Positions 39,928 through 50,404 of a stretch of DNA of 64,000 nucleotides are shown here, one piece after another. The notes below the pieces were generated by a model that made no database searches, was not told the DNA's origin, and saw only the letters and a list, made by a program, of their open reading frames with translations. Location: positions 118,219 through 182,218 of the forward strand of contig CAYOSQ010000002.1 in the NCBI GenBank assembly GCA_964406665.1, given 5' to 3'. A program made the translations under genes and the position numbers. The DNA comes from an uncultured Planctomycetia bacterium. Its GTDB lineage: Bacteria; Omnitrophota; Gorgyraeia; VGKH01; JBHPFN01. Positions within the stretch are counted from its first letter, which is position 1, and every line of letters starts with the position of its first letter.

Positions 39928-40385
39928 CGTTTTTTCCTCCTGGCTTTTAATTTTGAATCGTCATTTTGATCTTCAGTTTTAACAAAGAATAGGGTATCCT
40001 GATATAAAATCTGAACACCCTCTTTACTAATATCTACGATATGAGCACCGCTAATTTTATCCCCCAGGCTAACCACGGAATCATTTATGATTGCTTGTGG
40101 GTTTTCAGTATTCCAAACAACACCTTGAATTGAAAGGATGGGCGGGATTATTTCAATCTTTTTTTCAGGCAGTTTGAAATCTATTTTAGGTATTTTTTTA
40201 TCAGGCTCAACTTTTTGAGGTTTGGGAATCCAAGATTTAAAAGGACTTCTGGAAAAGTTGAAATTAAAACCAACCGGAAAGTTATTGTCCACTTGAGCAT
40301 ATATTGAAAGCGTGGAAGAAAAAGTAAGATAAGCAATAGATAGAATAAATAATAATTTCTTTATCACTTTATTAAAACACTCCAT
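39924..40385 (-). CDS. PilP-like protein
   Basis: RSPF, IQGVVW...AIIND..V..GD beta domain; position upstream of the secretin. Confidence 0.65.
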   Translation of the reverse strand: MECFNKVIKKLLFILSIAYLTFSSTLSIYAQVDNNFPVGFNFNFSRSPFKSWIPKPQKVEPDKKIPKIDFKLPEKKIEIIPPILSIQGVVWNTENPQAIINDSVVSLGDKISGAHIVDISKEGVQILYQDTLFFVKTEDQNDDSKLKARRKKR

Positions 40386-40912
40386 ATTTTTAATTCAACA
40401 CTTAAATTTTCTTTTTCTTCAACCACGTTTTGCTCTCGAGCACTTTTGGAAACAGACAGGCTGCTAATGAAAAGTGACTTTTTGTTATTTTCCAGGCTGC
40501 TAATGAACTTGCCTAACCTAGCAAAATCAGTTTGAAAACCTAGTCTTATAGGAAATTTTGTATATAAGCCTTTATCAATGGGTACCTCTGGATTAAGTGA
40601 TTGAATTGAAATGTTATTATTTTTTAACGTCTCAGTAGCAATTTTAATTAATTCGTCAGTAGATGCTCCTTCCAGTGAATCTTTTTTGTAGCCGCTAATT
40701 TTGACATCAAGATCAACAATTTCTTTAATATGCTTTTCAAGCTTCAGCTCTTTCGAAAGAGTTTTTCTGAAAGCTGAAATTTTTTTGGATTTATTTACAA
40801 ACATTGATCTTGCGAACAGTAAAGAAACAAGAGCAATGGCAACACTAATTGCAATTGTTTTATTTTTTATGATTTGTTCAACATCAATTTTTTGTAAAGA
40901 TTGAATATCCAT
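40364..40912 (-). CDS. PilO-like protein
   Basis: TM, coiled coil, FARLGKFISSLE; operon position. Confidence 0.75.
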   Translation of the reverse strand: MDIQSLQKIDVEQIIKNKTIAISVAIALVSLLFARSMFVNKSKKISAFRKTLSKELKLEKHIKEIVDLDVKISGYKKDSLEGASTDELIKIATETLKNNNISIQSLNPEVPIDKGLYTKFPIRLGFQTDFARLGKFISSLENNKKSLFISSLSVSKSAREQNVVEEKENLSVELKIWSVLIK

Positions 40913-40913
40913 T

Positions 40914-42422
40914 TTATTTACATTTAATTAAAAACTTTGAAACACGCCACTGTTCTATGGCAGCTTGACTAATATTGCTAAGAACAATAGATTTAAATTT
41001 TGTTTTAAATTCTGTATTATTTTTTACAAGTGATAAAAAGTTGTTGATGGCATTAAGTTGCTCAGGTTCATCTTCAAGGTAAGCATAGCCATTAATTTCA
41101 AAGGCTAAAGCTCCTGTTGATTCTCCGTAGTTCAATTCAGAAATCCACACGCCATCAGGCATAAGGTGAACAAGAGAATTAAGTATAGGGGTAATAGATC
41201 TGTCAAAATGAAGCTCCTCAAAAACTTTTAACTTTTTTTCAAATTCAGTTTTTAATCTTTCCAGCTGTTTTATATTAGCCATAGCATATTTAGGATCAAG
41301 TTGAGATTTCAAGCTTTCTATTTTTTTTAGCTTTGAACTGACAGAGAAACCCCTTACGAAATTCGACAATAAAATTAAAACAATAAAAGCAACAGCAAAA
41401 ATTCCTACGCGAATTACGATTTGATAATCAATTGGTTCGTCCTCGCTGAAATCCCTAGGTTTCTCTTCAAGGACATCTCTCTTCCTATATAAATTAATAT
41501 CTGACTGTGAACGGAATGACTGCCTTAAGGTAGAGCCGTAAGCCTTAAAGGATCCTAAATCAAAGTCATCGGTAATTTCTAAAGTATTGGTTATCAATTC
41601 AATTGGCGTATCTATTTCATTTTTTAAGTTTCCTAGCATTTCCGAAGTATCTTCTTTTGAGTGAAAGAATATCTTATTTACACTTGAGTCTGAAAACTGC
41701 CTACTGTAATAATCAAACGAAACATGAATTTCGTTTTTCAATCTTGAGATAAGGCTTACCATATCAGCTCCTCTGGGGTCTGAACCGAGATGACGGAATT
41801 TAAAATCTCTTATTAGCTGAGGAAAACCTCTTTCGATGATGCAGATACTTCCTCTTTCAGCAGACACTTCAACAATTGCGATTGTTTCATCTGGCTTTAT
41901 GACTTTCTTAAACAAGAATAATCTAAGCAGGCTAAAAGAAACAGGCTCCAAATAAAGAATTCTTAAGTTAGATTGTTCAAGTATGTATTGAAATTTGTCC
42001 AGGATGGTTTTCTTCATCCCGGCAAATGAACATTTTAGTCTAGCAGCTTTAGGGTCTTTTAGCTTTTGAGTAGCAAAATCAAAGTAGATTTCTTCAAGCT
42101 TGAAAGGAATGAATTTCCTTGATTCAAACTCTATAGCACTCTGCATCTCTGTTTTTGATACCTGTGGTATGAGAAAAGATCTCAATAAAACATCTTCTGA
42201 AGGCAAAGCAGCAATGACATCTCTCGTTTCAATGTTATTGGTTCTTATTGTTTTTTGAAGCAATGCAGTTAATTTGATTTCATCAGTCACTTCTACTATG
42301 TTGCTTTCCTGGCCTTCTGTTTCATAGGCAACACGATAATTCCTTATAATATTGCTTTTTTCTACTTCAACAATATCTAAAGCATCTACACCAAAATTTA
42401 TCCCTAAAAACTTATTGCCCAT
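40914..42422 (-). CDS. Fused PilM-PilN alignment protein
   Basis: PilM-like N-terminus (LGINFG, IEFESRKFIPF, SFDYY), one TM, PilN-like C-terminus (LMPDGVWISEL). Confidence 0.8.
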   Translation of the reverse strand: MGNKFLGINFGVDALDIVEVEKSNIIRNYRVAYETEGQESNIVEVTDEIKLTALLQKTIRTNNIETRDVIAALPSEDVLLRSFLIPQVSKTEMQSAIEFESRKFIPFKLEEIYFDFATQKLKDPKAARLKCSFAGMKKTILDKFQYILEQSNLRILYLEPVSFSLLRLFLFKKVIKPDETIAIVEVSAERGSICIIERGFPQLIRDFKFRHLGSDPRGADMVSLISRLKNEIHVSFDYYSRQFSDSSVNKIFFHSKEDTSEMLGNLKNEIDTPIELITNTLEITDDFDLGSFKAYGSTLRQSFRSQSDINLYRKRDVLEEKPRDFSEDEPIDYQIVIRVGIFAVAFIVLILLSNFVRGFSVSSKLKKIESLKSQLDPKYAMANIKQLERLKTEFEKKLKVFEELHFDRSITPILNSLVHLMPDGVWISELNYGESTGALAFEINGYAYLEDEPEQLNAINNFLSLVKNNTEFKTKFKSIVLSNISQAAIEQWRVSKFLIKCK

Positions 42423-42597
42423 ACTCTGCCTTTCGTGCCTGAGATCTTAACCACTTATCAATTTCTTTTTTATCAAATCTCCAAACACCGCCAATTTTTA
42501 TCCCGGAAAGCTTCCTTAAATGAAGCCAGTTATAGATAGTCTGCTTCTGTAGTCTTAGGTAGCGAGCTAATTCATCAACGTCCATTAATCGAGTCAT
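42412..42597 (-). CDS. Small excisionase/BldC-like (MerR-type HTH) DNA-binding protein
   Basis: LMDVDELARYLRLQKQTIYNW...KIGGVWRF...IDKWL. Confidence 0.88.
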   Translation of the reverse strand: MTRLMDVDELARYLRLQKQTIYNWLHLRKLSGIKIGGVWRFDKKEIDKWLRSQARKAEYGQ

Positions 42598-42643
42598 ATT
42601 CTATCCTATCTAGTGTTTTTTATAATAATACACTATAGGTATA

Positions 42644-42706
42644 ATTAAACAATAAAATTCTTACCTTGTCAAGTGTTTTTTTACTTATATTTACCTAAAC
42701 TTACTC
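42644..42706 (-). promoter_or_regulatory. Promoter region with TTGACA and 10-bp phased TTACYY direct repeats
   Basis: TTGACA at 42667-42672 (minus); plus-strand TTACCT/TTACTT/TTACCT/TTACTC at 42661, 42681, 42691, 42701; -10 element weak. Confidence 0.5.
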
Positions 42707-42778
42707 CTCGTCGATAAAAAGAATCAATTTGCATTGATTTTTGCCCATATTTAGTTAATATTGCAAAAAAGAGAGGTA

Positions 42779-43093
42779 TTAATACTGGGTGTCAATTGTC
42801 CATTCGTCTGTGCCGTCGGGGCCAGCACCTACGTTTTCTGAAAATGTAACAATAATATTGTCAGCAGCGCCTTCTGGAAAAGGATCCACAAGTGGAGCAT
42901 CTCCTTGGATAGCCAGCATTAAATTTCGATTTATAGAGGCTTGTGAGGCAAAGTATGCCTTAAGGCGTTTTATATGCCCTTCGGTGAGGCGTGCCTGGCT
43001 AGTCATTAGAATTAAAGCTCCGGCAGCAACAATAGATACTACTAGGGTAAAAATTATAACAATAGCTAAAACAACACCACGATTATTTTTCAT
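42779..43093 (-). CDS. PilX/GspK-like minor pilin
   Basis: NNRG|VVLAIVII hydrophobic helix lacking Glu5; KAYFASQA. Confidence 0.7.
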   Translation of the reverse strand: MKNNRGVVLAIVIIFTLVVSIVAAGALILMTSQARLTEGHIKRLKAYFASQASINRNLMLAIQGDAPLVDPFPEGAADNIIVTFSENVGAGPDGTDEWTIDTQY

Positions 43094-43304
43094 TGTCCTT
43101 CCTTTGTTTTCTTAGTTCAATTGTGTAATCTTCCCCTTCTTTTTTTGAGACCACGTGACCTTCTCTGGAAAGCCATCCTACGCTCATTAGAATAGCATCG
43201 CGCGACTTATCAAGCTTTTCAGCTAATACAGAAAGCTTTTCTTTACCATGTTCATCTAAATAATGCCAAATTTCTCCGGCTATAATACCAATCTTTGTAA
43301 TCAT
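43083..43304 (-). CDS. Small winged-helix protein (DUF2582-like)
   Basis: IGIIAGEIWHYL...MSVGWLSREG. Confidence 0.8.
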   Translation of the reverse strand: MITKIGIIAGEIWHYLDEHGKEKLSVLAEKLDKSRDAILMSVGWLSREGHVVSKKEGEDYTIELRKQRKDNEK

Positions 43305-43534
43305 ATTTTAACTTCCTCCCTTCGATTATAACTTCTGCATCTTGGACAAACAGAAACACGATCATGTGATGAATAGTCAAAGTATAGATATGTACAGATT
43401 GGACATTGCCATAATTCTTCCATCTCTATAGCTCTTCCTCTATCTTGTCTAGATGTAATCCAGCTTACCAGAATAATAAGTAAGAATAATCCTGTATAAA
43501 TAGTTACTGCAAAAGAAAAATTAATTGTTATCAC
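43301..43534 (-). CDS. Small membrane-anchored C4 zinc-ribbon protein
   Basis: N-terminal TM; CPIC...CPRC; 4-nt overlaps with both neighbours. Confidence 0.75.
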   Translation of the reverse strand: MITINFSFAVTIYTGLFLLIILVSWITSRQDRGRAIEMEELWQCPICTYLYFDYSSHDRVSVCPRCRSYNRREEVKI

Positions 43535-43929
43535 GGTTCTTCAATCTCTAATTTCAGCTCTTCTTGATTCCAATCAGGTATGTTTTGTATGTGTTCTTCT
43601 TTTCCCAAGATACTCATACTTTTTCTAGTTGGAATATAGCCAGAAGAAATTTTATCTTCGGCCTTCGCTGAATAAAGTGGCTTAAGAATCTTATTATTGT
43701 CTATAAAATTCACCTTCGGTTTATGTATGTATAGCTGCTCCAAATACTGATTAAGCATTTTTTCCGAAGAAGTATTTCTTAACGAAGCAGAGATGTCAGA
43801 TTCTTTTAAGAAGGATCCCAGGAAGTCTAAGGCTGTCAGAGGATTTTCCTTTAGTTTATCAATAGTTATGTCAAAGAACGACATGCAGAAAATATGACAA
43901 ATTATCGAAATCAATAATGCCGCTTTCAT
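43531..43929 (-). CDS. Short TonB/TolA-like single-TM protein
   Basis: TM with SxxxH (SIICH) directly after exbD; no TonB C-terminal domain recognised. Confidence 0.55.
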   Translation of the reverse strand: MKAALLISIICHIFCMSFFDITIDKLKENPLTALDFLGSFLKESDISASLRNTSSEKMLNQYLEQLYIHKPKVNFIDNNKILKPLYSAKAEDKISSGYIPTRKSMSILGKEEHIQNIPDWNQEELKLEIEEP

Positions 43930-43954
43930 ATTTTTATTTTTGAAGCTAGCTAAG

Positions 43955-44359
43955 CTACCTGCCTTCGTTAGTTGCTATGTTTACTCTGTTAATACCTAGC
44001 TCTCTACAAAGATCCCAAATTTCAACCACGCGTCCTAAAGAAGCTCTTCTATCTGATTTTATCAACAAAGGTTTACTTCTTTTAGCAATTCTCTTTAGCG
44101 CTGTTTGAAGCTCTTTCATTGTGACAACACTCTCGTTAAGATAAATAACGTTTTCCCGCGAGACTGTAATAATTGCACTTTCTTCCTGAATAACTTCGCT
44201 GGTTACGGCCCTGGGAAGATGTACTTTAATCCCTGGATGAAACATAAAAGATGAAGTAAGCATAAAAAATATCAAGAGTTGAAATACAACATCGATTAAC
44301 GGAGCAATATCAATTTGGGTTAAGCCGTGTTCTAATTTTGAGTGGCGTTTAAATTTCAT
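43955..44359 (-). CDS. exbD: ExbD/TolR family protein
   Basis: IAPLIDVVFQLLIFFML, IKSD. Confidence 0.9.
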   Translation of the reverse strand: MKFKRHSKLEHGLTQIDIAPLIDVVFQLLIFFMLTSSFMFHPGIKVHLPRAVTSEVIQEESAIITVSRENVIYLNESVVTMKELQTALKRIAKRSKPLLIKSDRRASLGRVVEIWDLCRELGINRVNIATNEGR

Positions 44360-44365
44360 CTATTC

Positions 44366-45022
44366 CTATTTTCTCCTACTCTCTTTATATTGAGTAACAA
44401 AATTAGTAAGTTCCGTGGCTGAGCGCTCCATATCCAAAACGTGACTATTTACTCTACTTACAAAGTAGTTATAGGCTAAAAATGTAACGATAGCTACCGA
44501 TAAACCAAATACTGTTGTAATTAAAGCCTCCCAAATTCCACCAGCAAGGTCTCCGGGGTTAACTGGATTAATTGAAGTTGCTTTAATTTGAATTGTATGA
44601 AAACACTTAACCATCCCCGTAACAGTTCCCAGTAACCCCAGTAGCGGAGAAATATGGCCGATTGTCGCCAATATGCTAAGATGGTTTTCCAATCTAGGAA
44701 TTTCGTAAAGACTCGCATCTTCCATCGATTCTTTGATTTCATCACGGGAAGATTCCAAATTAAGCACACCTGCCCTCAAAATATTGGCGACAGGAATACG
44801 GGCATTCGTACATATACCTATGGCAGCTTTAATTTTATTGTGTTTAATTTGATCAACCACAGAATTCAGGAGCTCTCTGGCATTACCCTTAAACTGAATA
44901 TTCAGCTGCCAGAATTTTTCTCCAATTATGGCTAAAGCAACTATTGAACATGATAATATTAACCACATTAATGGCCCACCTGCTAAAAATATTTTCCAGG
45001 CGCTTGAATTCCAAAAACCCAT
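44366..45022 (-). CDS. exbB: MotA/TolQ/ExbB proton channel protein
   Basis: GGPLM, SPLLGLLGTVTGM, GIWEALITT; start re-assigned to the ATG after AAGGAGGT. Confidence 0.9.
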   Translation of the reverse strand: MGFWNSSAWKIFLAGGPLMWLILSCSIVALAIIGEKFWQLNIQFKGNARELLNSVVDQIKHNKIKAAIGICTNARIPVANILRAGVLNLESSRDEIKESMEDASLYEIPRLENHLSILATIGHISPLLGLLGTVTGMVKCFHTIQIKATSINPVNPGDLAGGIWEALITTVFGLSVAIVTFLAYNYFVSRVNSHVLDMERSATELTNFVTQYKESRRK

Positions 45023-45047
45023 TACTACCTCCTTCAATTCTTAATAA

Positions 45048-47537
45048 TTAGTTATTTACGTTGTTGTTAATCCATTCAAGGCGTTCTAAAGCGAACTTTG
45101 ATTCTTCGGAATCAACTTGAGAAATCTTCTCATATATTTTTCGTGCTTCAGACCAATCTTCTTTGTCTTCAAAAATCCTAGCAACTCTTAAGTAAGAGCG
45201 AATCATTAATGATTTATTATCAGGATAAAGGTAAGCAATTTTAAAATACGTATCAACTGCTTCTTCCTTTCTTCCGGCCTCTTCTAAAGTTTCTGCAATA
45301 TAAAATTTGATTTGAACATCTTTTATTGTAGAACTTTTTTTTGGGGCATTGATCGCATCTTCGTAAATTTTTAAAGCCTCTTTGGACTTACCCATAATTC
45401 TAAGAATCTTCCCCTTTTTTATATAGCCATCTCTTTTAAAATCAGGGTAATCGTTTACGACACTATCAGCAGCCGCAATAGCTTCTTCATAATTTTTATC
45501 ATTGTTAAGTTTTAAATCAGCGATTTCCAAAATAGCAAAAGCAGTAAATTCACCTTCTGGCCGAGAAGCAACTATTTCTTCCATAGCAATTTTTGCTTTT
45601 TCATTATCGCCCTGTTCAAGAAGCAACTTTGCAATTCTATATTGAGCCTCTTCTACTCTATCGCTATAAGGAAATTCTTCTACAATGCGTTGAAAATGCC
45701 TTATAGAAGTTTCAAAATTCATCGCTTTCGAATAGTAGTCTCCTAAAAACATCAGCGTATCTAAGCCGGCTTGAGACTCCGGGAATTTATAAACAAGAAT
45801 TTTAAGAATTTTTAGCGCTTCTGTATCATTACCCATTCCAAAATAGCACATGGCAATTTCATAATCACATTTTTGAAGAGTAGAGCTTAAGCTAGGATAA
45901 AGTTTCTTGATGTTTATGAAAACATTGATTGCTTTTTTATATTCTTCCAGATTTTTTAAAGTCGAACCTAAAAGAAGCATGGAATCTGGCTTAATTGAGC
46001 TTTCTGATGAAAGGGATTCTACAAAATCTTTTAAGTGTTCTTTTGCAGATGTAAAATTTCCTTTGTTAAAATAAGTTAGTCCAAGATAATATTTTGATTC
46101 ATCGTAAAATTTACTTTCAGGGAAATTCTTCTGAAAAGCCAGGAAAGCAAGTATAGCGTTTTCGAATCTTTCCATTTTCAAGAGGGTCAAAGCTTCTTGA
46201 AGCTGCACGTAGTCACCATAAAAGCTCTCCGGATAATTCTTAAGTATATTATCGTAAACTGTTAAGGCTTTTTCAAAATGTAGCGCTTCTTGGTAAGCGT
46301 CTCCAATTTGGGAGAGCGCACCCACTTTCACAAGATTATCTTCTGCTTCTGTGGCAACATTCTCAAGTACTTCCATTGCCTGGTCTAAATCATCAAGTTT
46401 TAAATATGCCCAAGCTAAACCAAATCCTATTTTTTCATGGTACTTTTCAAATTCTTTTCCCTGTGAAAGCTTCTTGGACACTTCTTTGTAAGTATCAACA
46501 GCATCATCAAACTTCCCAATTTCATATAAAACATTTGCTTTTCCCAAATATGCTTCAATGATCCACTTACTATCAGAAAAATTAGTAATTAAGAATTCAT
46601 AAGAAGCAATAGCTTCTTCGTATTTTGAGTATTCTGAAAATAATGTGGCTTTACCAAGAATAACGGTATCCATATCTGCGCCAATGGAACGAGCCAATTC
46701 TTCTGCCTCATCAAAATACAATTGAGCTTCGGCAAGATTCTTTAACTTTAGATGCGACCAACCCAAGCTTGTTTTTGATAAAATTGCTAATTCACTATCA
46801 GGCGAAAGTTCAATTACCTTCAAATAATCGCTTAACGCATCTGAAAAATTCTCTAAATAATAGCTGGATTCTGCCTTGTAAAAGTAAGCATTTACAATGC
46901 TTTTTGAATCAGTAAATTTGTTAATGAACTCAGTAAAGAGATCCTTCGCCTCCTGATATTTTTGCAGACTATAATTACATTCTGCAATTTTAAAATAAGA
47001 ATCCTCAATCAATTGGCTTTCAGGATAATCAGCGATAATTTTTTTAAAGCCTTTTTTTGCCTCAGACCAATTAGATTCTTCGTAGTAACACCAAGCTAAT
47101 GAATAATATGCATGTTCCAGAAACTCTGAATCGGGAAAATCATCAATGATTATCTTGCAAAATTTCTTAGCTTGGGAGAAATTCTTTCCTTTAAAATGAA
47201 CCTCAGCAATCCAGTAAAGCAAAGAATCTTTGATTCTTTCGCTCTCAGGAAATTCCAAAGCTTGCTGAAGTTTTTCAAGAGCATTTAAGTACTCTGCTTG
47301 CTTAAGGAAACATTGAGCTATCATTAGAAAGGCTTCGGGGCGTTTTTCTGTTTCAGGGAATTCTTTGAGAAATCGCTCAAAATATCCCAAAGAAACATCG
47401 TAGAACCCATCTTCAAATGATTTTTGGGCGATAAAAAACAGCTCTTCTTCCTTATCCGAATCAGCGAAGATTGGAAAAGATAATAAGCAAATAAAACCAA
47501 TTACTAAAAGTAGAAAAGTGAGATTTTTAGTGTTCAT
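45048..47537 (-). CDS. Exported tetratricopeptide-repeat protein
   Basis: Signal peptide; recurring A.Y..A.CYY...A...F......YP.S repeats along the whole length. Confidence 0.9.
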   Translation of the reverse strand: MNTKNLTFLLLVIGFICLLSFPIFADSDKEEELFFIAQKSFEDGFYDVSLGYFERFLKEFPETEKRPEAFLMIAQCFLKQAEYLNALEKLQQALEFPESERIKDSLLYWIAEVHFKGKNFSQAKKFCKIIIDDFPDSEFLEHAYYSLAWCYYEESNWSEAKKGFKKIIADYPESQLIEDSYFKIAECNYSLQKYQEAKDLFTEFINKFTDSKSIVNAYFYKAESSYYLENFSDALSDYLKVIELSPDSELAILSKTSLGWSHLKLKNLAEAQLYFDEAEELARSIGADMDTVILGKATLFSEYSKYEEAIASYEFLITNFSDSKWIIEAYLGKANVLYEIGKFDDAVDTYKEVSKKLSQGKEFEKYHEKIGFGLAWAYLKLDDLDQAMEVLENVATEAEDNLVKVGALSQIGDAYQEALHFEKALTVYDNILKNYPESFYGDYVQLQEALTLLKMERFENAILAFLAFQKNFPESKFYDESKYYLGLTYFNKGNFTSAKEHLKDFVESLSSESSIKPDSMLLLGSTLKNLEEYKKAINVFINIKKLYPSLSSTLQKCDYEIAMCYFGMGNDTEALKILKILVYKFPESQAGLDTLMFLGDYYSKAMNFETSIRHFQRIVEEFPYSDRVEEAQYRIAKLLLEQGDNEKAKIAMEEIVASRPEGEFTAFAILEIADLKLNNDKNYEEAIAAADSVVNDYPDFKRDGYIKKGKILRIMGKSKEALKIYEDAINAPKKSSTIKDVQIKFYIAETLEEAGRKEEAVDTYFKIAYLYPDNKSLMIRSYLRVARIFEDKEDWSEARKIYEKISQVDSEESKFALERLEWINNNVNN

Positions 47538-47547
47538 CAGACAATTT

Positions 47548-47575
47548 ATTATAACAAGTTTGGTACATTTTTCAA
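47548..47575 (-). promoter_or_regulatory. sigma70 promoter for TPR-exbBD operon
   Basis: TTGAAA-16bp-TATAAT with TG extension, 10 nt before ATG. Confidence 0.55.
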
Positions 47576-47597
47576 TAAGAAAAGCTGTTTTTGAGAT

Positions 47598-50396
47598 TTA
47601 TTTGAACATTGATTTTAAGTAGTGCCCGGTATAAGAATTGGTTTTATTGATAATCTCTTCAGGACTGCCAGCGGCAACCAAGCGTCCCCCTCTATCACCG
47701 CCTTCAGGGCCAAGGTCTATTATGTAATCAGCGCATTTAACAACCTCTAGATTATGTTCGATAACCAAAACAGAATTACCCTTATCAGTCAATCTTTGCA
47801 AAACGTCAATTAGTTTTTCTATGTCTGCGAAGTGTAAGCCAGTTGTTGGCTCATCTAAAAGGTATAGGGTTCTACCTGTTGACCTTTTACTAAGCTCAGA
47901 AGCGAGCTTTACTCTTTGGGCTTCGCCTCCAGATAAAGTAGTCGCAGATTGTCCAAGCTGTATATAGCTTAACCCAACATCATTTAAGGTTGTTAAAATT
48001 TGTTTAATTTTGGGGATATTCTCGAATATCTCTAGGGCTTGCTCAACAGACATTGCTAAGACGTCTGCGATTGAATAACCCTTAAACCTTACTTCTAGAG
48101 TCTGCTCGTTAAAACGCAAGCCTTTGCAAACCTCGCAAGGGACATATACATCTGGAAGAAAATGCATCTCGATTTTTTTAATACCGTCTCCTGTGCAAGC
48201 TTCACATCTACCACCTTTAACATTAAAGCTAAACCTTCCTGGTTTATACCCACGAACTTTTGCATCAGGAAGTCTACTAAAAATTTCTCTTACATGGCTA
48301 AAAACTCCTGTGTAAGTTGCAGGATTTGAACGAGGAGTTCTCCCAATAGGTGACTGATCAACAACAATAACTTTATCAATGTTTTCCCATCCGGTAATGT
48401 TTTTATGCTTGCCAGGATGTTCTTTAGAAGAATAGAGTTTTTGCACCAAAGCTCGAAAAAGGGTTTCGTTGATCAAGGTTGATTTACCTGAGCCGGATAC
48501 ACCTGTTACGCATGTGAAAACCCCCAAAGGAACCTTAACATTGATATTTTTTAAGTTGTGTTCACTAGCACCAGTAATTTCAATAAATTTATTACCTTTA
48601 TATTTTCTTTTCGCAGATATATCTATTTTTAATTCTCCACGAAGATACTTAGCAGTTAAGGACTGTTTAGATTTCAATAATTGTTTAGAGTTGCCGTCAA
48701 AAATTATCCTTCCTCCATGACGTCCTGCCCCTAGGCCTAAATCAATTATCTGATCTGCACTTCTTATTGTTGTTTCATCATGCTCAACAACAATCAAAGT
48801 ATTTCCAATATCTCTTAGTCTTTTTAAGGTGCCCAGTAGTTTCTCATTATCACGTTGATGCAAACCTATGCTGGGTTCATCTAGGATGTATACTACGCCA
48901 ACTAAACCTGTTCCTACCTGAGTTGCCAGTCTTATCCTTTCAGATTCTCCCCCGGATAAAGTGCTGCTTTTTCTATCCAAGGTTAAATAATCTAATCCTA
49001 CGTCTATGCAAAAGGTAAGCCTGCGGATGATCTCTTTTATCACCTCGCGAGCTATAATAGTTTTTTCTTTTGAAAATTTAATGCTACTGAAAAAGCTACG
49101 AGCATCTTTTATGGACATCTGAACAACATCATATATTGATTTACCAGCAATTTTTATTGACAGACTTTCTTTTTTTAGACGGGCTCCCTGACATTCAGGA
49201 CATGGTAGAACAGACATAAATCTAGTGATTTCGTGTTTAAGATAGTCACTATCTGTTTGTTTAAAAAGTCTTTCCAGGTGTGGGATGATGCCTTCAAATT
49301 GTTTTCCCCAAATCCACTCATCTGAACCAAATATAATTGATTTCTGTATTTTCTTGCTAAGCTTATTAAATGGTGTGTTGATATCAAATCTTAATACATG
49401 TGCTAATTCTCTTAACATCCCTCTGTAATACATTATGTAACCGCGACCCCCTCTTTTCCAGGGAAGTATTGACTCCAGGACAGGTTTGCTTTTGTCAGGC
49501 ATTACAAGATCGGGATCAAATTCCATTTTAGTCCCTAAGCCATTGCATGCAGGACAAGCGCCAAATGGTGAATTGAAGGAAAAAACTCTGGGTTCGATTT
49601 CCAAAATACTCGTTCCGCAATTTGAACATGAATACTGTTCGCTGAAAACGTAATCTTTATTTGTGTTTTGATTATGTGCAATGACTAAACCTTTTCCGAC
49701 TTTAATAGCAGTCTCAACAGAATCTGTAAGCCTATTCTTAATGCTCGATTTAATAATCAGCCTATCAACAACAACTTCGATATTGTGAGTTCGGTATCTT
49801 TTTAAATCAATCTTTTCTCCTACCTCAAAGATTTTTCCATCTATTCGAACTCTGACAAATCCAGCTTTCTGGACCTGATTAAGTATATCCCTGTATTCCC
49901 CTTTTCTTCCTTTAACCAAAGGAGCAAGAATATCAATTTTAGTTTTGTCAGGAATTCTTAAAAGCTGATTTACTATTTCCTGTGAGGATTGTTTTTGGAT
50001 TCTTTCCCCGCAGCTAGAACAAAAAGGCGTACCAACGCGAGCAAATAGCAATCGTAAATAGTCATAAATTTCTGTTTGAGTGGCGACTGTTGATCGAGGA
50101 TTTTTGCTAGTAGTTTTCTGCTCAATGGCAATAGCTGGAGACATCCCCTCAATGTGCTCAACGTTTGGTTTCTGCAATTGTCCTAAGAATTGACGCGCAT
50201 ATGCAGAGAGACTCTCTACATATCTACGTTGTCCTTCTGCGTAAATAGTATCAAATGCAAGACTAGATTTTCCTGAGCCGCTTAATCCTGTTATCACAAC
50301 AAGCTTATTCCTGGGAATCTCTAGGCTGATATTCTTAAGATTGTGTTCTTTCGCACCTCGAACGACGATGCTTTCTTTTTTTGTGTTTTTTTTCAT
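47598..50396 (-). CDS. uvrA: Excinuclease ABC subunit A
   Basis: GLSGSGKSS and GVSGSGKST, two LSGGE, zinc fingers, [10 protein letters not shown]. Confidence 0.98.
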   Translation of the reverse strand: MKKNTKKESIVVRGAKEHNLKNISLEIPRNKLVVITGLSGSGKSSLAFDTIYAEGQRRYVESLSAYARQFLGQLQKPNVEHIEGMSPAIAIEQKTTSKNPRSTVATQTEIYDYLRLLFARVGTPFCSSCGERIQKQSSQEIVNQLLRIPDKTKIDILAPLVKGRKGEYRDILNQVQKAGFVRVRIDGKIFEVGEKIDLKRYRTHNIEVVVDRLIIKSSIKNRLTDSVETAIKVGKGLVIAHNQNTNKDYVFSEQYSCSNCGTSILEIEPRVFSFNSPFGACPACNGLGTKMEFDPDLVMPDKSKPVLESILPWKRGGRGYIMYYRGMLRELAHVLRFDINTPFNKLSKKIQKSIIFGSDEWIWGKQFEGIIPHLERLFKQTDSDYLKHEITRFMSVLPCPECQGARLKKESLSIKIAGKSIYDVVQMSIKDARSFFSSIKFSKEKTIIAREVIKEIIRRLTFCIDVGLDYLTLDRKSSTLSGGESERIRLATQVGTGLVGVVYILDEPSIGLHQRDNEKLLGTLKRLRDIGNTLIVVEHDETTIRSADQIIDLGLGAGRHGGRIIFDGNSKQLLKSKQSLTAKYLRGELKIDISAKRKYKGNKFIEITGASEHNLKNINVKVPLGVFTCVTGVSGSGKSTLINETLFRALVQKLYSSKEHPGKHKNITGWENIDKVIVVDQSPIGRTPRSNPATYTGVFSHVREIFSRLPDAKVRGYKPGRFSFNVKGGRCEACTGDGIKKIEMHFLPDVYVPCEVCKGLRFNEQTLEVRFKGYSIADVLAMSVEQALEIFENIPKIKQILTTLNDVGLSYIQLGQSATTLSGGEAQRVKLASELSKRSTGRTLYLLDEPTTGLHFADIEKLIDVLQRLTDKGNSVLVIEHNLEVVKCADYIIDLGPEGGDRGGRLVAAGSPEEIINKTNSYTGHYLKSMFK

Positions 50397-50404
50397 TTAA
50401 ATGA

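Noticed and set aside
33692-42597. Prophage or integrative element suggested by an excisionase-like gene and nearby tRNAs
   Set aside because: No integrase, phage genes or duplicated tRNA 3' end seen; the HTH gene is coupled to pilMN
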